Assembly: GCA_951406725.2 (NCBI GenBank)
Contig: OX597839.1
Location: forward strand, 8,122,001-8,186,000
Source of the DNA: Octopus vulgaris
Taxonomy: Eukaryota
Direction: 5' to 3'
DNA: 64,000 nt
Part shown: piece by piece, positions 1 through 12,891 of the stretch
Layout: each line of letters starts with the position of its first letter
How positions within the stretch are numbered: the first letter of the stretch is position 1
Program-made: the position numbers and the translations under genes
The notes under the pieces: model-generated
The model's input: only the letters and a program-made list of their open reading frames with translations
Databases searched by the model: none
What the model was told of the DNA's origin: nothing

Positions 1-121
1 GCATCGTGGGGCTTTAGGTGTTTTCACTCAATAAACACACACAACGCCTGGTCTGGGAATCGAAACCGCGATCCTCCGACCGCGAGTCCGCTGCCCTAAC
101 CATTGGGCCATTGCGCCTCCA
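1..121 (-). mobile_element. tRNA(Arg)-like SINE head, family R (cut by window edge)
   Basis: Reverse complement TGGAGGCGCAATGGCCCAATGGTTAGGGCAGCGGACTCGCGGTCGG...GGTTTCGATTCCC has A- and B-box-like motifs and a TCG anticodon-like loop; many copies in the window. Confidence 0.85.
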
Positions 122-399
122 CTGCTGTTGTTGTTAGTGGTGGTGGTGGTGCTGCTGCTGCGAGTGCTGGTGATGTTGACGGTGCCGATGGTCACGGTGT
201 CGTTGGTGATGGTATAGATGGTTGCGTATGTCATGTATTTCATGAAAAATGGTGGCTGCTATAGAAGCGATTGTATAATGGTTTACAATGGCAAGAGTAA
301 TGATTGTAGTGGGTGGGGGCGGTCAAGATATAAGCTGTAAGTGGTGGTGTAGTAATAATGGTATAGGCAGTAGTAGTTGTTGTCATTGATGATGTTGTC

Positions 400-643
400 G
401 ATGGTGGAGCTGGTGATGGTGGTGGTGGTGGCGGCGGCGGCGGCAGTAGTGGTGATGGTGGTGGTCGTGGTGATGGTGGTGTTTGTAGAAACAGTAGCTA
501 AGAGAAAATGAAAGCTAACAACAAAAATATATATGTATGGAAACCAACAACAAATATGTTACAAAAAGTGTCATAAAAATATAATAAAAATAAAATTATA
601 AGAACATCAATAATAATAATAATAAGCAGCCGCAGCAGCAGTG

Positions 644-674
<31 letters not shown>

Positions 675-1016
675 CAGGAGCAGCAGCAGCAGCAGTATTT
701 GTAGTAGTAGTAGTAGCAACACCAGCAGCAGTAGTAGTATAGGTGGTGGTGGTGGTGGTGGTGGTGGTGACGGTGGAAGTGATGATTGTGGGGGTGGTGA
801 TGGTGGCCTTGGTTGCAGTAGTAATAGTAGCGGCGGTAGTATTAGTAGTAGTAGTAGTACTACTACTACTATTACTACTTCTATTAGTAGTGTTATAGTA
901 ATAACATTAACATTACTACTACTAATACTACTAATAATAATAATAACAACAACAACAACAATAATAATAATAATGATAATAATAATAATAATGATAATAA
1001 TAATAATAATGATAAC

Positions 1017-1096
<80 letters not shown>

Positions 1097-1157
1097 TAAT
1101 AATAATAATAATAATGATGATAACAACAACAACAACAACAATAATAATAATAATAAT
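400..1157. repeat. Compound trinucleotide microsatellites (GGT, AGT, AGC, CTA, AAT, AAC)
   Basis: Directly visible. Confidence 0.95.
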
Positions 1158-1890
1158 CTAATGTAGAACAAAAGCCAAAAAGTCAAAACAATAAAGATAA
1201 CAATATGTCTATCTTACTAAAACATAAACAAAATAAAAACAAAAAGAAACAAACATTTTAAAAATATCTAAAATAGACAAAAAAAAAATTGCCCAAATAT
1301 TGAACACACAATGATTTCTCCACTTCCAATCCCTCTATCCACCGCCCAACACAGATCTATCCCTTTACTTCTCTTGCCTCTGTCTGTTCGTCCTGTTTAG
1401 CAAGCTAATAATTTATTCATAGATTTACACCGGCTGATTGGTACAATAGGGAGGGAAGGGTCGGCTGACTGGCTGGGTGGCAGGGTGGCTGGGAGGCTGG
1501 CTGGTTGGTTGGATGGCCAGGTGGATGAATGAATGGGTAGATGGGCGGGTGGATGGGCGGGTGGATGGGTGGGTGGGTGGATGGGGGAATGGCTGGATGG
1601 AGGGCTGGTTTCAATGGTGATAGTGTGTGCAGCGAGGTAACAGCATAAACACACCGCAGCGCATACGTATTTAATGAAATGTGTGCTTGCCTATGTAGTG
1701 CGCATGTGTATATACATGTATGTGTGTATATGTGTGTATGTGTGTGTGTGCGCGCACGGAGGCCGTATGTGTGTCGTGCCTGTATGTATGGGCTTGTGTA
1801 TGTTAAACAGTGGTCGTCATAGAGTCAAACACACAAACACAAACACACATGCACACATATATAGTTATACGTTAATACAATAATGATAGT

Positions 1891-2980
1891 GAGTGGATAA
1901 AAATTTATATGTCTATGTGTTAAGGCTACCATTGGTTTTATGTTTAGAGAAATCCCTTAACAATTATCAAGTCTTTCACATGAAAATTCGATGTCTGTCT
2001 CCATATTTGATTGATGGAGGCTAATGCCGAGCTTCCACGTAGTAGGCTTGATAATTGTTAAGGAATTTCTCTTGACATGAAACCAACGGTAGCTACAACC
2101 CATAAATAAAGTGTCTAATACCGAGTTTCCACGCTGTAGGCTTGATAATTGTTAAGGAATTTATCTTGACATGAAACCAACGGTAGCTACAACCCATAAA
2201 TAAAGTGTCTAATACCGAGTTTCCACGTGGTAGGCTTGATAATTGTTAAGGAATTTCTCTTGACATGAAACCAACGGTAGCTACAACCCATAAATGAAGT
2301 GTATAATACCGAGCTTCCACGTGGTAGGCTTGATAATTGTTAAGGAATTTCTCTTGACATGAAACCAACGGTAGCTACAACCCATAAATAGAGTGTATAA
2401 TACCGAGCTTCCACGTGGTAGGCTTGATAATTGTTAAGGAATTTCTCTTGACATGAAACCAACGGTAGCTACAACACATAAATGAAGTGTATAATACCGA
2501 GCTTCCACGTGGTAGGCTTGATAATTGTTAAGGAATTTCTCTTGACATGAAACCAACGGTAGCTACAACCCATAAATAGTGTGTATAATACCGAGCTTCC
2601 ATGTGGTAGGCTTGATAATTGCTAAGGAATTTCTCTTGACATGAAACCAACGGTAGCTACAACACATAAATGAAGTGTATAATACCGAGCTTCCACGTGG
2701 TAGGCTTGATAATTGTTAAGGAATTTCTCTTGACATGAAACCAACGGTCGCTACAACCCATAAATAGAGTGTATAATACCGAGCTTCCACGTGATAGGCT
2801 TGATAATTGTTAAGGAATTTCTCTTGACATGAAACCAACGGTAGCTACAACACATAAATAAAGTGTCTAATACCGAGTTTCCACGTGGTAGGCTTGATAA
2901 TTGTTAAGGAATTTCTCTTGACATGAAAACAACGGTAGCTACAACCCATAAATAAAGTGCATATATGTACATCCACTGTA
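1891..2980. mobile_element. Tc1-like MITE whose right arm is tandemly amplified
   Basis: 1914-1991 is a diverged reverse complement of the array unit; right end ATCCACTG|TA (2971-2980) mirrors left GAGTGGAT (1891); CAGTG plus TA is a Tc1-type terminus. Confidence 0.6.
2021..2959 (+). repeat. 94-bp tandem array, 10 copies
   Basis: GTAGGCTTGATAATTG recurs at 2042, 2136, 2230, 2324 ... 2888; units nearly identical, no unique spacers. Confidence 0.97.
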
Positions 2981-3060
2981 ACAATGACGTCGCCACAGAT
3001 CCGAATCATTTACATCAGATGACAGATGTTCAACTAAGAAAATCCATATAACTTTATCAC

Positions 3061-3432
3061 TATGCGTACATGGTGATCTTATATCAAGATTAACAGCGCA
3101 TGACCTTGCAAGTGGGGCCCAGCTGGAATTTTCTTCAGGTTGAGTAGCCCATCCATCAAAAGATCCCTGAATAAGGGTTGTTTAAGGATGTTGAACGAAA
3201 CACCTATGTTTCCAAAGGTGAATCATCCAAACTCCAAAGAATTCCTCTCAACACATGACTATGATGCTCCTCCACTACTTCTGCTTGTGATCAAAGATGC
3301 ACCTATGTTCAGCCAGTAAAGGACATGATCAACTGGTTAAGGTCAAACATCTGACAAGCACATCTGTGGTATTAAGCAGAATATTTGCTGTAGCCCATCT
3401 TTTTTACCAAGATAAAACAATGCATTGTTATC
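3061..3432 (-). mobile_element. Partial copy of TAA-associated element (family T)
   Basis: Aligns by eye with 53590-53965. Confidence 0.85.
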
Positions 3433-3439
3433 ATTATTA

Positions 3440-3580
3440 TTAGGTTGTCCCAAAAGTTCGTAAACACTTGCGAAAATTGAATTTTTACTTGCCAAGTACT
3501 AACAAAAACAACAAAAATTATTCCTCAAAATAAAGACCATTATTTTCCAAGACTTTCTACGAACTTTTGGGACAACCTTA
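3440..3580. mobile_element. ~140-bp mariner-type MITE
   Basis: TIRs AGGTTGTCCCAAAAGTTCGTA / TACGAACTTTTGGGACAACCT in a TA-rich flank; second copy inverted at 8023-8163. Confidence 0.9.
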
Positions 3581-3590
3581 TATTATTATT

Positions 3591-3755
3591 CTATGTTTGA
3601 CTTTTGCTTTACATTTGTACAAGTTGGCTCCAAGTCTCACCCAGCGACCTCAAGAGACAACAAGTTGGAAGTTCATATTGGTGTTATGTCTAGGGTATCA
3701 TATATATGGTTTTGTACTTAGTGTTGTACTAGTGAATGTTTAAGAAACCATAAGA
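3591..3755 (-). mobile_element. R4/Dong-like LINE 3' UTR fragment with (TAA)n tail
   Basis: Matches 53203-53350, which lies downstream of a Dong-like C-terminus. Confidence 0.7.
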
Positions 3756-3756
3756 A

Positions 3757-3767
3757 TATTATTATTA

Positions 3768-3859
<92 letters not shown>

Positions 3860-4473
3860 GTAAGCAATAATGTTAAAGTATTTACCCCGTCATCATCACA
3901 ACCTCAGCCAAACCCACGCCAAATATCACCGAATTAAAATTCATAAGAAAAATATTGAAAACAAAAACATGTGAAACGATTTACAGTTCTACGGTTTTGT
4001 TTAGTTTTTTTTTTTTGGTTTTCTTTTTTTTTTGTTTTTGTCGGTCAGCTTGAGAGATTGGGGAAAGACAAAAGGAGATGAAATATGATGAACGATTAAA
4101 GATGAAAGAGGAAAGGTGAAAAATGGAATGATAGACAGAAGACACTTAATAGGAAATTGCGCTCTTCCTACAAACAATTATTTTTATTGTTCACCATCAT
4201 CATCATTATCATCATCATCATCATCATCACCTTCTTCTTCTTCTTCTTCTTCTTCTTCTTCTTCTTCTTCTCCTTCTCCTTCTTCTTCTTCTTCTTCTTC
4301 GTTGTCATCTTCTTCTTCTTCGTCTTCTTCTTCTTCGTCTTCTTCTTCCTTGTCGTCGTCTTCTTCTTCTTCTTCTTCTTCTTCTTCGTTGTCGTCTTCT
4401 TCTTCTTCTTCTTCTTCTTCTTCTTCTTCTTCTTCTTCTAATGCAACTACAACAGCTAATCATTATTATTATA

Positions 4474-4510
<37 letters not shown>

Positions 4511-4654
4511 TATTATTACATATTATTATTATTATTATTATATATTATTATTACATATTATTATTATTATTATTATTGAGTGAGAGAGCAGTTCATGTCA
4601 TCAAAGTGTATTATTATTATTATTATCATTATTATTTATTATTATTATTTATTA

Positions 4655-4708
<54 letters not shown>

Positions 4709-4913
4709 TGTAGTGATGGCGGTGGTGGTGATGGAAGTGGCGGTGGTGGTAGGGCTGGTGCTAGTGATGGTGCTGACGGCGGTGGCGGTGGTGGTGATGG
4801 TATAGCTCTTGGTTATTCATACTTAAGTAGACTTCTTTTTAATGTATTTTACATTAGCAGTTTATTTTATTACTATTTCACCACCATCATCATCATCATC
4901 ATCATCACCACCA

Positions 4914-4944
<31 letters not shown>

Positions 4945-4947
4945 CAC

Positions 4948-4986
<39 letters not shown>

Positions 4987-5019
4987 CATCATCATCACCA
5001 TCATCACCATCATCACCAC

Positions 5020-5062
<43 letters not shown>

Positions 5063-5068
5063 GCTTTC

Positions 5069-5113
<45 letters not shown>

Positions 5114-5362
5114 GTTGTTGTTTCTGATGTTATTTATTGCAGTTATTTTATCATGTTTCTATTATTAGTTTCTGTTCTTGTAACTATTATCATCATCATC
5201 ATCGTTATCATCATCATCGTTATCATCATCATCGTTATCATCATCATCGTTATCATCATCATCGTTATCATCATCATCTAGTTATTATTATTATTATTAT
5301 TATTATTATCATTATTATTATTATTATCATCATCATCATTATTATTATTATTATTATTATTA
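3757..5362. repeat. (ATT)n, (CAT)n, (CTT)n, (GGT)n microsatellite complex with short unique spacers
   Basis: Directly visible; includes a ~33-bp family T 3' stub at 4577-4609. Confidence 0.9.
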
Positions 5363-5741
5363 CCGTTGCCGCTGTTTTTTTCGTGTCTCGTTATTTGCTT
5401 TGAACTTTGCACAAAATTTCTTCCGAATGTCACAATAAGAAAATATGTGACGACTTCATTAAGTAGAGAACAAGGTTGACAGCCGGAACAGTTATGTGAA
5501 ATTTTAAGTACGCAATCAATGGATGGACCGCTGGTCGGGTTGTGTAGTGGGCAAATAGCAACCAAAAGACATGTGGGTTTTCACATCCAGTGTCCTGGCT
5601 ACAGTCATGTCGTGTGAATGGGCCAAAAGACTATTATATATGTACACGAGTGTATGTGTCTGTGTGTATCAGCATTTGCGTCTCTGTGTGTGTCTGTGTA
5701 TATATATGCCATATTAACAGTCAGTATATATATATATATAT

Positions 5742-5935
5742 ATTTCTTTATTGCTCACAAGGGGCTAAACATAGAGGGGACAAACAAGCTCAAACAAAGG
5801 GATTAAGTCGATTACATCGACCCCAGTGTGTAACTGGTACTTATTTAATCAACCACGAAAGGATGAAAGGCAGACGAAATACCTATTACTTTACTACCCA
5901 CAAGGCGTGCTAACATTTCTGCCAGCTCGCCGCCT
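5742..5935 (-). mobile_element. SINE family M (GGCGAGCTGGCAGAA head, GCCTTTCATCCTTTCG central domain), rearranged
   Basis: Matches 40998-41210 and 55873-56100. Confidence 0.8.
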
Positions 5936-5938
5936 TCA

Positions 5939-6432
<494 letters not shown>

Positions 6433-6582
6433 CTATTGTATCTCGGGAGAGTCATTTTCTTCTTGTGCCTTATAATTTTAAATTATAAAGCACCAAAAGA
6501 GAATGACTCTCCCCAGGCACAACAGAATATGCTTCAATACACGAACTCACATAAAGAATCTGGCAAACCAAATCCCAAAACG

Positions 6583-6722
<140 letters not shown>

Positions 6723-6724
6723 GC

Positions 6725-7067
6725 GGGCGCAATGGCCCAGTGGTTAGGGCAGCGGATTCGTGGGCGTAGGATCACGGTTTCGATTGTATGTTTTTTATTG
6801 ATGAAAACACCTAAAGCTCCACAAGACTCCTGCGAAGGGTGGGGCGAACCCTACTGTAGTCTTTCACCACAGATTTCTCTCACTCTTTCTTCCTGTTTCT
6901 GTTGTACCTGTATTTGAAAAGGCCAGCCTTGTCACACTCTGTGTCACGCTGAATCTCCCCGAGAACTACGTTAAGTGAACACGTGACTGTGGGGCGCTCC
7001 GCCACTTGCACGTTAATTTTACGAGCAGTCAGTCCCATTGATCAACTAGAAATCTCGTTGTCGTAAG
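6725..7067 (+). mobile_element. SINE family R, tail type 2
   Basis: Head GGCGCAATGGCCCAGTGGTTAGGGCAGCGG; tail matches 30085-30265. Confidence 0.88.
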
Positions 7068-7715
7068 TTACGTTTTCTCTATTTCTTTACTTTTGGAATA
7101 CGTGACCAAATGCCACTTATATCTCTTCCTTTTCACTTCTGCTTGCTTCGGCTCCCGTCCTGATCTGTTCGGGCATGCAGAAACATCATAACCAATTTTT
7201 CTCCCTGTTGTAATGCTGTTCATTTTTTCTTTTTCCTGTGTGCCTTCTTTCACTACTGCTTCTATTGGTGCTTCACACCTATTTCTCTTTTCTTCCATCA
7301 CAATCTCCTTTAGCCTTTTTTGACTGTCTGGGGAAGAATTCACCCGTAACGACTCCGTGGAGTGGTTTATGGCATCTTCTTTGTTGACAAACCTTACTTC
7401 CACTGAGCCATAATTCTTTCCACGTGTATAGAACGTGGTCAATTTTTTAACATTTTCGAGGCATTCCTCTATTTCTTCTGTTGGGGCGAACTCTATCTTG
7501 TTCGAGGACGTAGACAACGTTCTGTATATTACCGTTCTGTTTTCTATGCTTTTCATCAGTTCTTCTGGGGGAAGCTTTAGACTGGTTCCCCCCTTTTTTA
7601 CAAATTTTCTTCCTTCCTTCCTCTTTCTTGTTTCAATTTCTATTTCCTGCAATTCCAGGGTGTTGGTATTCATTCCTTGTGTCGTTGCCGCTGCGTAACT
7701 TTGTCTATTCTCCAT
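7068..7715 (-). pseudogene. L1/Tx1-like ORF1 (gag-like) fragment, probably internally deleted and truncated by the SINE
   Basis: 215-aa non-repetitive ORF beginning MENRQSYAAA (SYA motif typical of ORF1 N-termini) with an RRM-like GSVEVRFVNKEDA segment. Confidence 0.6.
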
Positions 7716-8022
7716 CTTTCTTCACTCCTCCCGTAGACGGGGATTATACAGGTGCAAACGAGACAGTGACTGAAATTCAACAATTTACACAATCCAATGA
7801 ATCTTGGTTCACCGGCGCGGGGAAACCTACAACAAACATACAATATCAATGTGTAACGATTCGAACTTACATCGAAGAAATCACTACCGACACCCATTAG
7901 TGGCAATCACCGGTTATTTATTTATTATAGGCACAAGACCTGAATACAGAGGGGACATACACAAACATGCGGGAACAAAAAAACATAAGAAAAAATGAAT
8001 TACATTAAATTATATTATAATA

Positions 8023-8163
8023 TAAGGTTGTCCGAAAAGTTCGTAGAAAGTCTTGGAAAATAATGGTCTTTATTTTGAGGAATAATTTTTGTTGTTTTTG
8101 TTATTACTTGGCGAGTAAAAATTCAATTTTCGCAAGTGTTTACGAACTTTTGGGACAACCTAA
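8023..8163. mobile_element. Second copy of the 140-bp MITE, opposite orientation
   Basis: Reverse complement of 3440-3580 with few mismatches. Confidence 0.9.
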
Positions 8164-8209
8164 TAAATATGAAACGGTTTTCTCGGTCCTACTCAGAGAC
8201 GAAACCGCG

Positions 8210-8856
8210 ATTTATTTTTTACAATTAAACGTTTTTATAGTCTTTTTACTTTTTTAGCTTGTTCTTTTTCTTAGACTCTTGTTTTTTTCTTTTGTATCGT
8301 TTTTTTTCTTCTTTTTTCTTTATACATTTTAACAGTCTATTTTCCTCGTTTTTTTTTATGAAGTACAAATTTTACTTATTTTTAAATGTTCATAAAGGGT
8401 TTCAAATCTAATTCCACGACCGGCGGGAGTTCGTCAAACTCGACTTCAACACCCAGCGGGTCTATGAAATGTCCATACATCTCTCTTAATTTCAAAACTC
8501 TCTCTTTATCTATGACTATTCCTTTACTGTACTCCGGGTATTTTCCTGGCGGCAGCTTTACTCTTATTACCGATTTATATTTTACAATCGTTTTCTCTAT
8601 TTCTTTACTTTTGGAATACCTGACCAAATGCCATTTATATCTCTTCCTTTTCACTTCTACTTGCTTCGGCTCCCGTCCTGATCTGTTCGGGAGCGCAGAA
8701 ACATCATAACAAATTGTATGAACGCTTCCATTTTCTCCCTGTTGTAATGCTGTTTTTTTTTTCTTTTTCCTGTGTGCCTTCTTTCACTACTGCTTCTATT
8801 GGTGCTTCACACCTATTTCTCTTTTCTTCCATCACAATCTCCTTTAGCCTTTTTTG
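8210..8856 (-). pseudogene. Second copy of the ORF1-like element: C-terminus, stop and A-rich 3' tail
   Basis: 8589-8856 is highly similar to 7071-7322; ORF ends KPFMNI* at 8382, followed by an A-rich tract on the minus strand. Confidence 0.6.
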
Positions 8857-8901
8857 GCAATAGAGACAATCGCCGGTTGTCGATGTGAAGTGCTATCCCG
8901 A

Positions 8902-9193
8902 TCGGGCCGACCAAAGCCTTGTGAGTGGATTTGGTAGACGGAAACTGAAAGAAGCACGTCGTATATATGTATATATATATGCGCGTGTGTATTTGTCCCC
9001 CTAGCATTGCTTGACAACCGATGCTGGTGTGTTCATGTCACCGTTACTTAGTGGTTCGGCAAAAGAGACCGATAGAATAAGTACTGGGCTTACAAAAGAA
9101 TAAGTCCCGGGGTCGAGTTGCTCGATTAAAGGCGGTGCTCCAGCATGGCCGCAGTTAAATGACTGAAACAAGTAAAAGAGAAAGAGTAAAGAG
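8902..9193 (+). mobile_element. SINE family C (CORE-like), 5'-truncated, (GTAAAAGA)n tail
   Basis: Matches the full copy at 41276-41720. Confidence 0.9.
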
Positions 9194-9541
9194 TATCCTT
9201 TTACTAGTGACGAAAAGTCACTGATCTCGAAAAAGTGTAAATAAACAATAATAAATCTCTGAGCGAGGTATGCACAGTAGCTGCATGGCATCGTGAAGTA
9301 TATTTGCCCCGATGACAGGTCAATACCTAGAAAACAGGGGCCGTGTGTATCACGTCAGGTTGAAGGTGAGAAGGATGACTTCCCTTTGCAAATACCGATA
9401 GGGCACAGAAAGTGTGTCAATAGCCAGCTGGAGGAGGTGTCCTCCTGGGGCTACAAGCTACAGTAGCATCCAACCTTGAGGGTTAGTCATAGTTAAGTGG
9501 TAAATATACTTCACGATAAAAATACATACATACACACACAC

Positions 9542-9584
<43 letters not shown>

Positions 9585-9587
<3 letters not shown>

Positions 9588-9893
9588 AGGCGCAGTGGCC
9601 CAGTGGTTAGGGCAGCGGACTCGCGGTTGTAGGATCGCGGTTTCGATTCCCAGACCGGGCGCTGTGTGTGTTTATTGAGCGAAAACACCTAAAAGCTCCA
9701 CGAGGCTCCGGTAGGGTGTAGTGGTGATCCCTGCTGTACTCTTTCGCCACAACTTTCTCTCACTCTTTCTTCTGTTGGCCTGCTCGCTTAGCCAGCGGGG
9801 TGGCGCCGTTCGAAGACTAAAACAATGCGAACGCATTGTGACCAGCGATGTGTAGCAATATCTGATGGTCTGGTCGGTCACGTGATCACATGC
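9585..9893 (+). mobile_element. SINE family R, tail type 1
   Basis: Full head; tail GGCCTGCTCGCTTAGCCAGCGGGGTGGCG...CACGTGATCAC shared with 23128 and 51908. Confidence 0.9.
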
Positions 9894-9980
9894 ATGCATG
9901 CATAATATATAATATATATATAATAGAAATATTAAAATTACTAAGTCTCTCTAAAGGATATTACGGCAGCGTTACTGGAA

Positions 9981-10056
9981 ATTAATAGTTATCGCCATAC
10001 TAATATGGCAGTCTTATTTATAAGACTACCATATTAGTATGGCGATAACTATTAAT
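9981..10056. repeat. Palindrome, ~37-bp arms, 1 mismatch
   Basis: ATTAATAGTTATCGCCATACTAATATGGCAGTCTTAT-TT-ATAAGACTACCATATTAGTATGGCGATAACTATTAAT. Confidence 0.95.
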
Positions 10057-10934
10057 ATATATATACATATGCACATACATATATATATGCGTGTATACAT
10101 ATATATGTATCTGTGATCCTATGTATCTATGCATCTAAATCCTGTATGCAATCAGTTGGTGATTCAAACAGTTGTTTACAGTTACACGCCATTCTAATCG
10201 CCCGTTCTACTTCTGCATGGCAGAGAATATCCTGTTTCACTGACTGATCTCAGCGATTGTACTCTGCTGTAGTCTGTGATTAAAAGTACAGCGTTTATGC
10301 GAATCTGGTTGGATTACTGGACGGATAAAATATCTGTAACTGAAGTCACTAATGAATTTGAAATACTATAATCCTAGGACGATGGAAACTCAATTTCTCT
10401 ATTATTAAGTGATTCGATCTTATAGATATCAAACCACCTTAGAATATCACTCTGTTAGATATCGTAGAATTCTATCCCCGGATTATAGGCATCTATTCCT
10501 GCTGAAAGCCCCAGATTTCGAAAGAAAAGTACCCCCAGAATAATAATAAATGCTAAGAGGTCGCTCTCATATCGTAAAATTTTCCTACCGAATCATATTG
10601 CAAATTAAGCCGTTCTTTGATGTTTCATTTCAAAGCTACGGTGAGGTGGAAGAGCTGATCTCGTGGGACTAATTATCGCAGAAAGCCTAAAAATCCAATT
10701 AAGACACGTAGCTTAGAACTTCGTAAAAACAGAGATTTAGCAATTTCATGCAAAACCATGGAAAATTTAAAGATATGATACGGATTCGAGTTGAACATAA
10801 CCACCAGCACTCACCTACTAATAACGATCTTTCAGGCAATGAAGATCTGGCCACGGTGAAAGATCGAACAATTCCAAAAGCCGAACACAAACTTTCCAAC
10901 CGTTCCTAGACATCAGAACTTTCCAGACAGCTCT

Positions 10935-11140
10935 CTTCCATCTTTTAGTTGTTCCAGTCATCACATTGTGGCCATACTGGGGGACGGCCTTGAATAATTT
11001 TTAGTCAAATGAATCGACCCCAGTCGTTTTTTTTTTAATTTTTAAAACCTGGTATTTATTCTACTTATCTCTTTTGTCGAACGGCTAAGTTATGGTGGAA
11101 TAAAGAAATACCGGTAGTCAAGCGATGGTAGAGGACAAAC
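10935..11140 (-). mobile_element. Diverged SINE family C 3' half
   Basis: Degenerate match to TGTTTCAGTCATTTGACTGCGGCCATGCTGGAGCACCGCC. Confidence 0.65.
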
Positions 11141-11334
11141 ACACACACACATACACACACACACACAAAGACACAGACACACATCTATATATATAATGCT
11201 CTTAGCTTAGTTTTTACCAAGGGTTGGCCAGATTGGAGCAATCTCAAGTATAATCAGCCGAAATTGAGTAGATAATCTGTTACTTGACTGAGGAAAGAAA
11301 ACTTCGAATGACTCGTCCTTATTTTCTTTGTATC

Positions 11335-11680
11335 GTCAATCTGGATGTTTTGTTGTCCCATTTTTGTATCACCTAACTGTCCGGATGTTTTGCGTTCTTG
11401 TCCTATTTTGTACAAATCCGGGCAAGGTTGTTTATGGAAGACCAGCAGTCGCCCATGTAAACCGGCCTCTCTTCTCCACGTCACCAGTGTTATCCAAGGG
11501 AAAGGCAAAAGAGCCGCTACAGCTTGGCACCTGAGATATCGCAACTCATATCTACAGCTGAGTGAACTGGAGCAACGTGAAATAAAGTGTCTCAAGAACA
11601 CAACATGCAGCCCTGTCCCGGATTCGAACTCACAACCTCACGATCGTAAGCTCGACGCTCTAACCACTGAGCCATATGCA
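11335..11680 (-). mobile_element. tRNA-derived SINE (head related to the 61713 copy, different tail)
   Basis: ATGGCTCAGTGGTTAGAGCGTCG...GAGTTCGAATCC head, then GTGTTCTTGAG...TTTCACGTTGCTCCAG. Confidence 0.8.
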
Positions 11681-12397
11681 TATACATCATGTTTGCTGGC
11701 CACTATCATTATTTTTTAAAAGATAATTTAATTTTATATGTTTATATGTGTGTGTATGTATGTATGTATGTATGTATGTATGTATATTTATACACACTCA
11801 CACACCGTAAACGCACACATAAGCGACACAGCTCAACAGTTAGATGCACACACATGCAGATATACGAAGATACGCAGAGGAAAATTTTAATGATCCCCGA
11901 CCAACATTCAGCCAACTAGAAGTTCGAAAGGTGGAAGCAATTTTCTCACAACAAATGACATCTTAGGTCAGAGTGTTGTGAGAAACTTCAGATATCCTTC
12001 TTGCCAGGCTAGACGTAACGTTAGAGTCATGTGGTGTCTGGTGGAAGATGGGATGTCACTGGTTATAGAGGAGGGAGTTACTGGTTGCAGGCGGGGAGGC
12101 GGAGCGGGGGAATATCAAGAAATTGTGATGGTGACTGGTTGATGTTGTGTGTGGCTCCTTCCAAACTGTCTATCTTTATAACTGCACAAGTTCATTCTTT
12201 CTTGGTTACTTCATCCTTATCTCTCTCTCTCTCTCTCTCACACTCTCTGTCTTTCTCTCACTCTGTTTCTCTCTCTCTTTATATATATATATATATATAT
12301 ATATACAGAGAGAGAGAAAGGAGGAGAGTTAGTGAATGACGAAAGGAGAGAAACATAGCTAGATTTAGATAGATACATCTATATGTATATACATATA

Positions 12398-12441
<44 letters not shown>

Positions 12442-12584
12442 TACATTTTCTTTATAAATCTAGTATATATTTCTTTACATTTATATATTTAAATATATAC
12501 TTATATATATATATATACATATATATATATGTATATATAAATACACATATGCATACATATACATACACACATACACACACACAT

Positions 12585-12634
<50 letters not shown>

Positions 12635-12667
12635 GCATATATATATATATATACATGCATATATATA

Positions 12668-12721
<54 letters not shown>

Positions 12722-12734
12722 AAAAGGCAACGAG

Positions 12735-12891
12735 GATATCCAAGGTAGTGTAGTACAATCGTTTCATGCTACTTCATTTTATTAAACACTGTAAGTATTA
12801 CATCAGTTTTAAAATGTCGAGCAATCTTCAGCCACATATAGAATTTTTTAATGAAACGGACAATGCACATTTTTATACTACGCTACCTTGG

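Noticed and set aside
844-880. (TAG)n/(CTA)n mirror palindromes (also ~44240-44360)
   Set aside because: A trivial result of adjacent complementary microsatellites
2021-2959. CRISPR-like array
   Set aside because: Whole 94-bp units repeat with no unique spacers, no cas genes, and the context is eukaryotic
9585-9660. Functional tRNA-Arg gene (also other family R heads)
   Set aside because: Heads run straight into SINE bodies, have TSDs, and show imperfect acceptor-stem pairing
10699-10920. Possible transposase remnant
   Set aside because: Only a vague PWPDL resemblance, no further motifs
11943-11984. Short hairpin TTCTCACAACA...TGTTGTGAGAA
   Set aside because: 11-bp arms, single copy, no context to interpret
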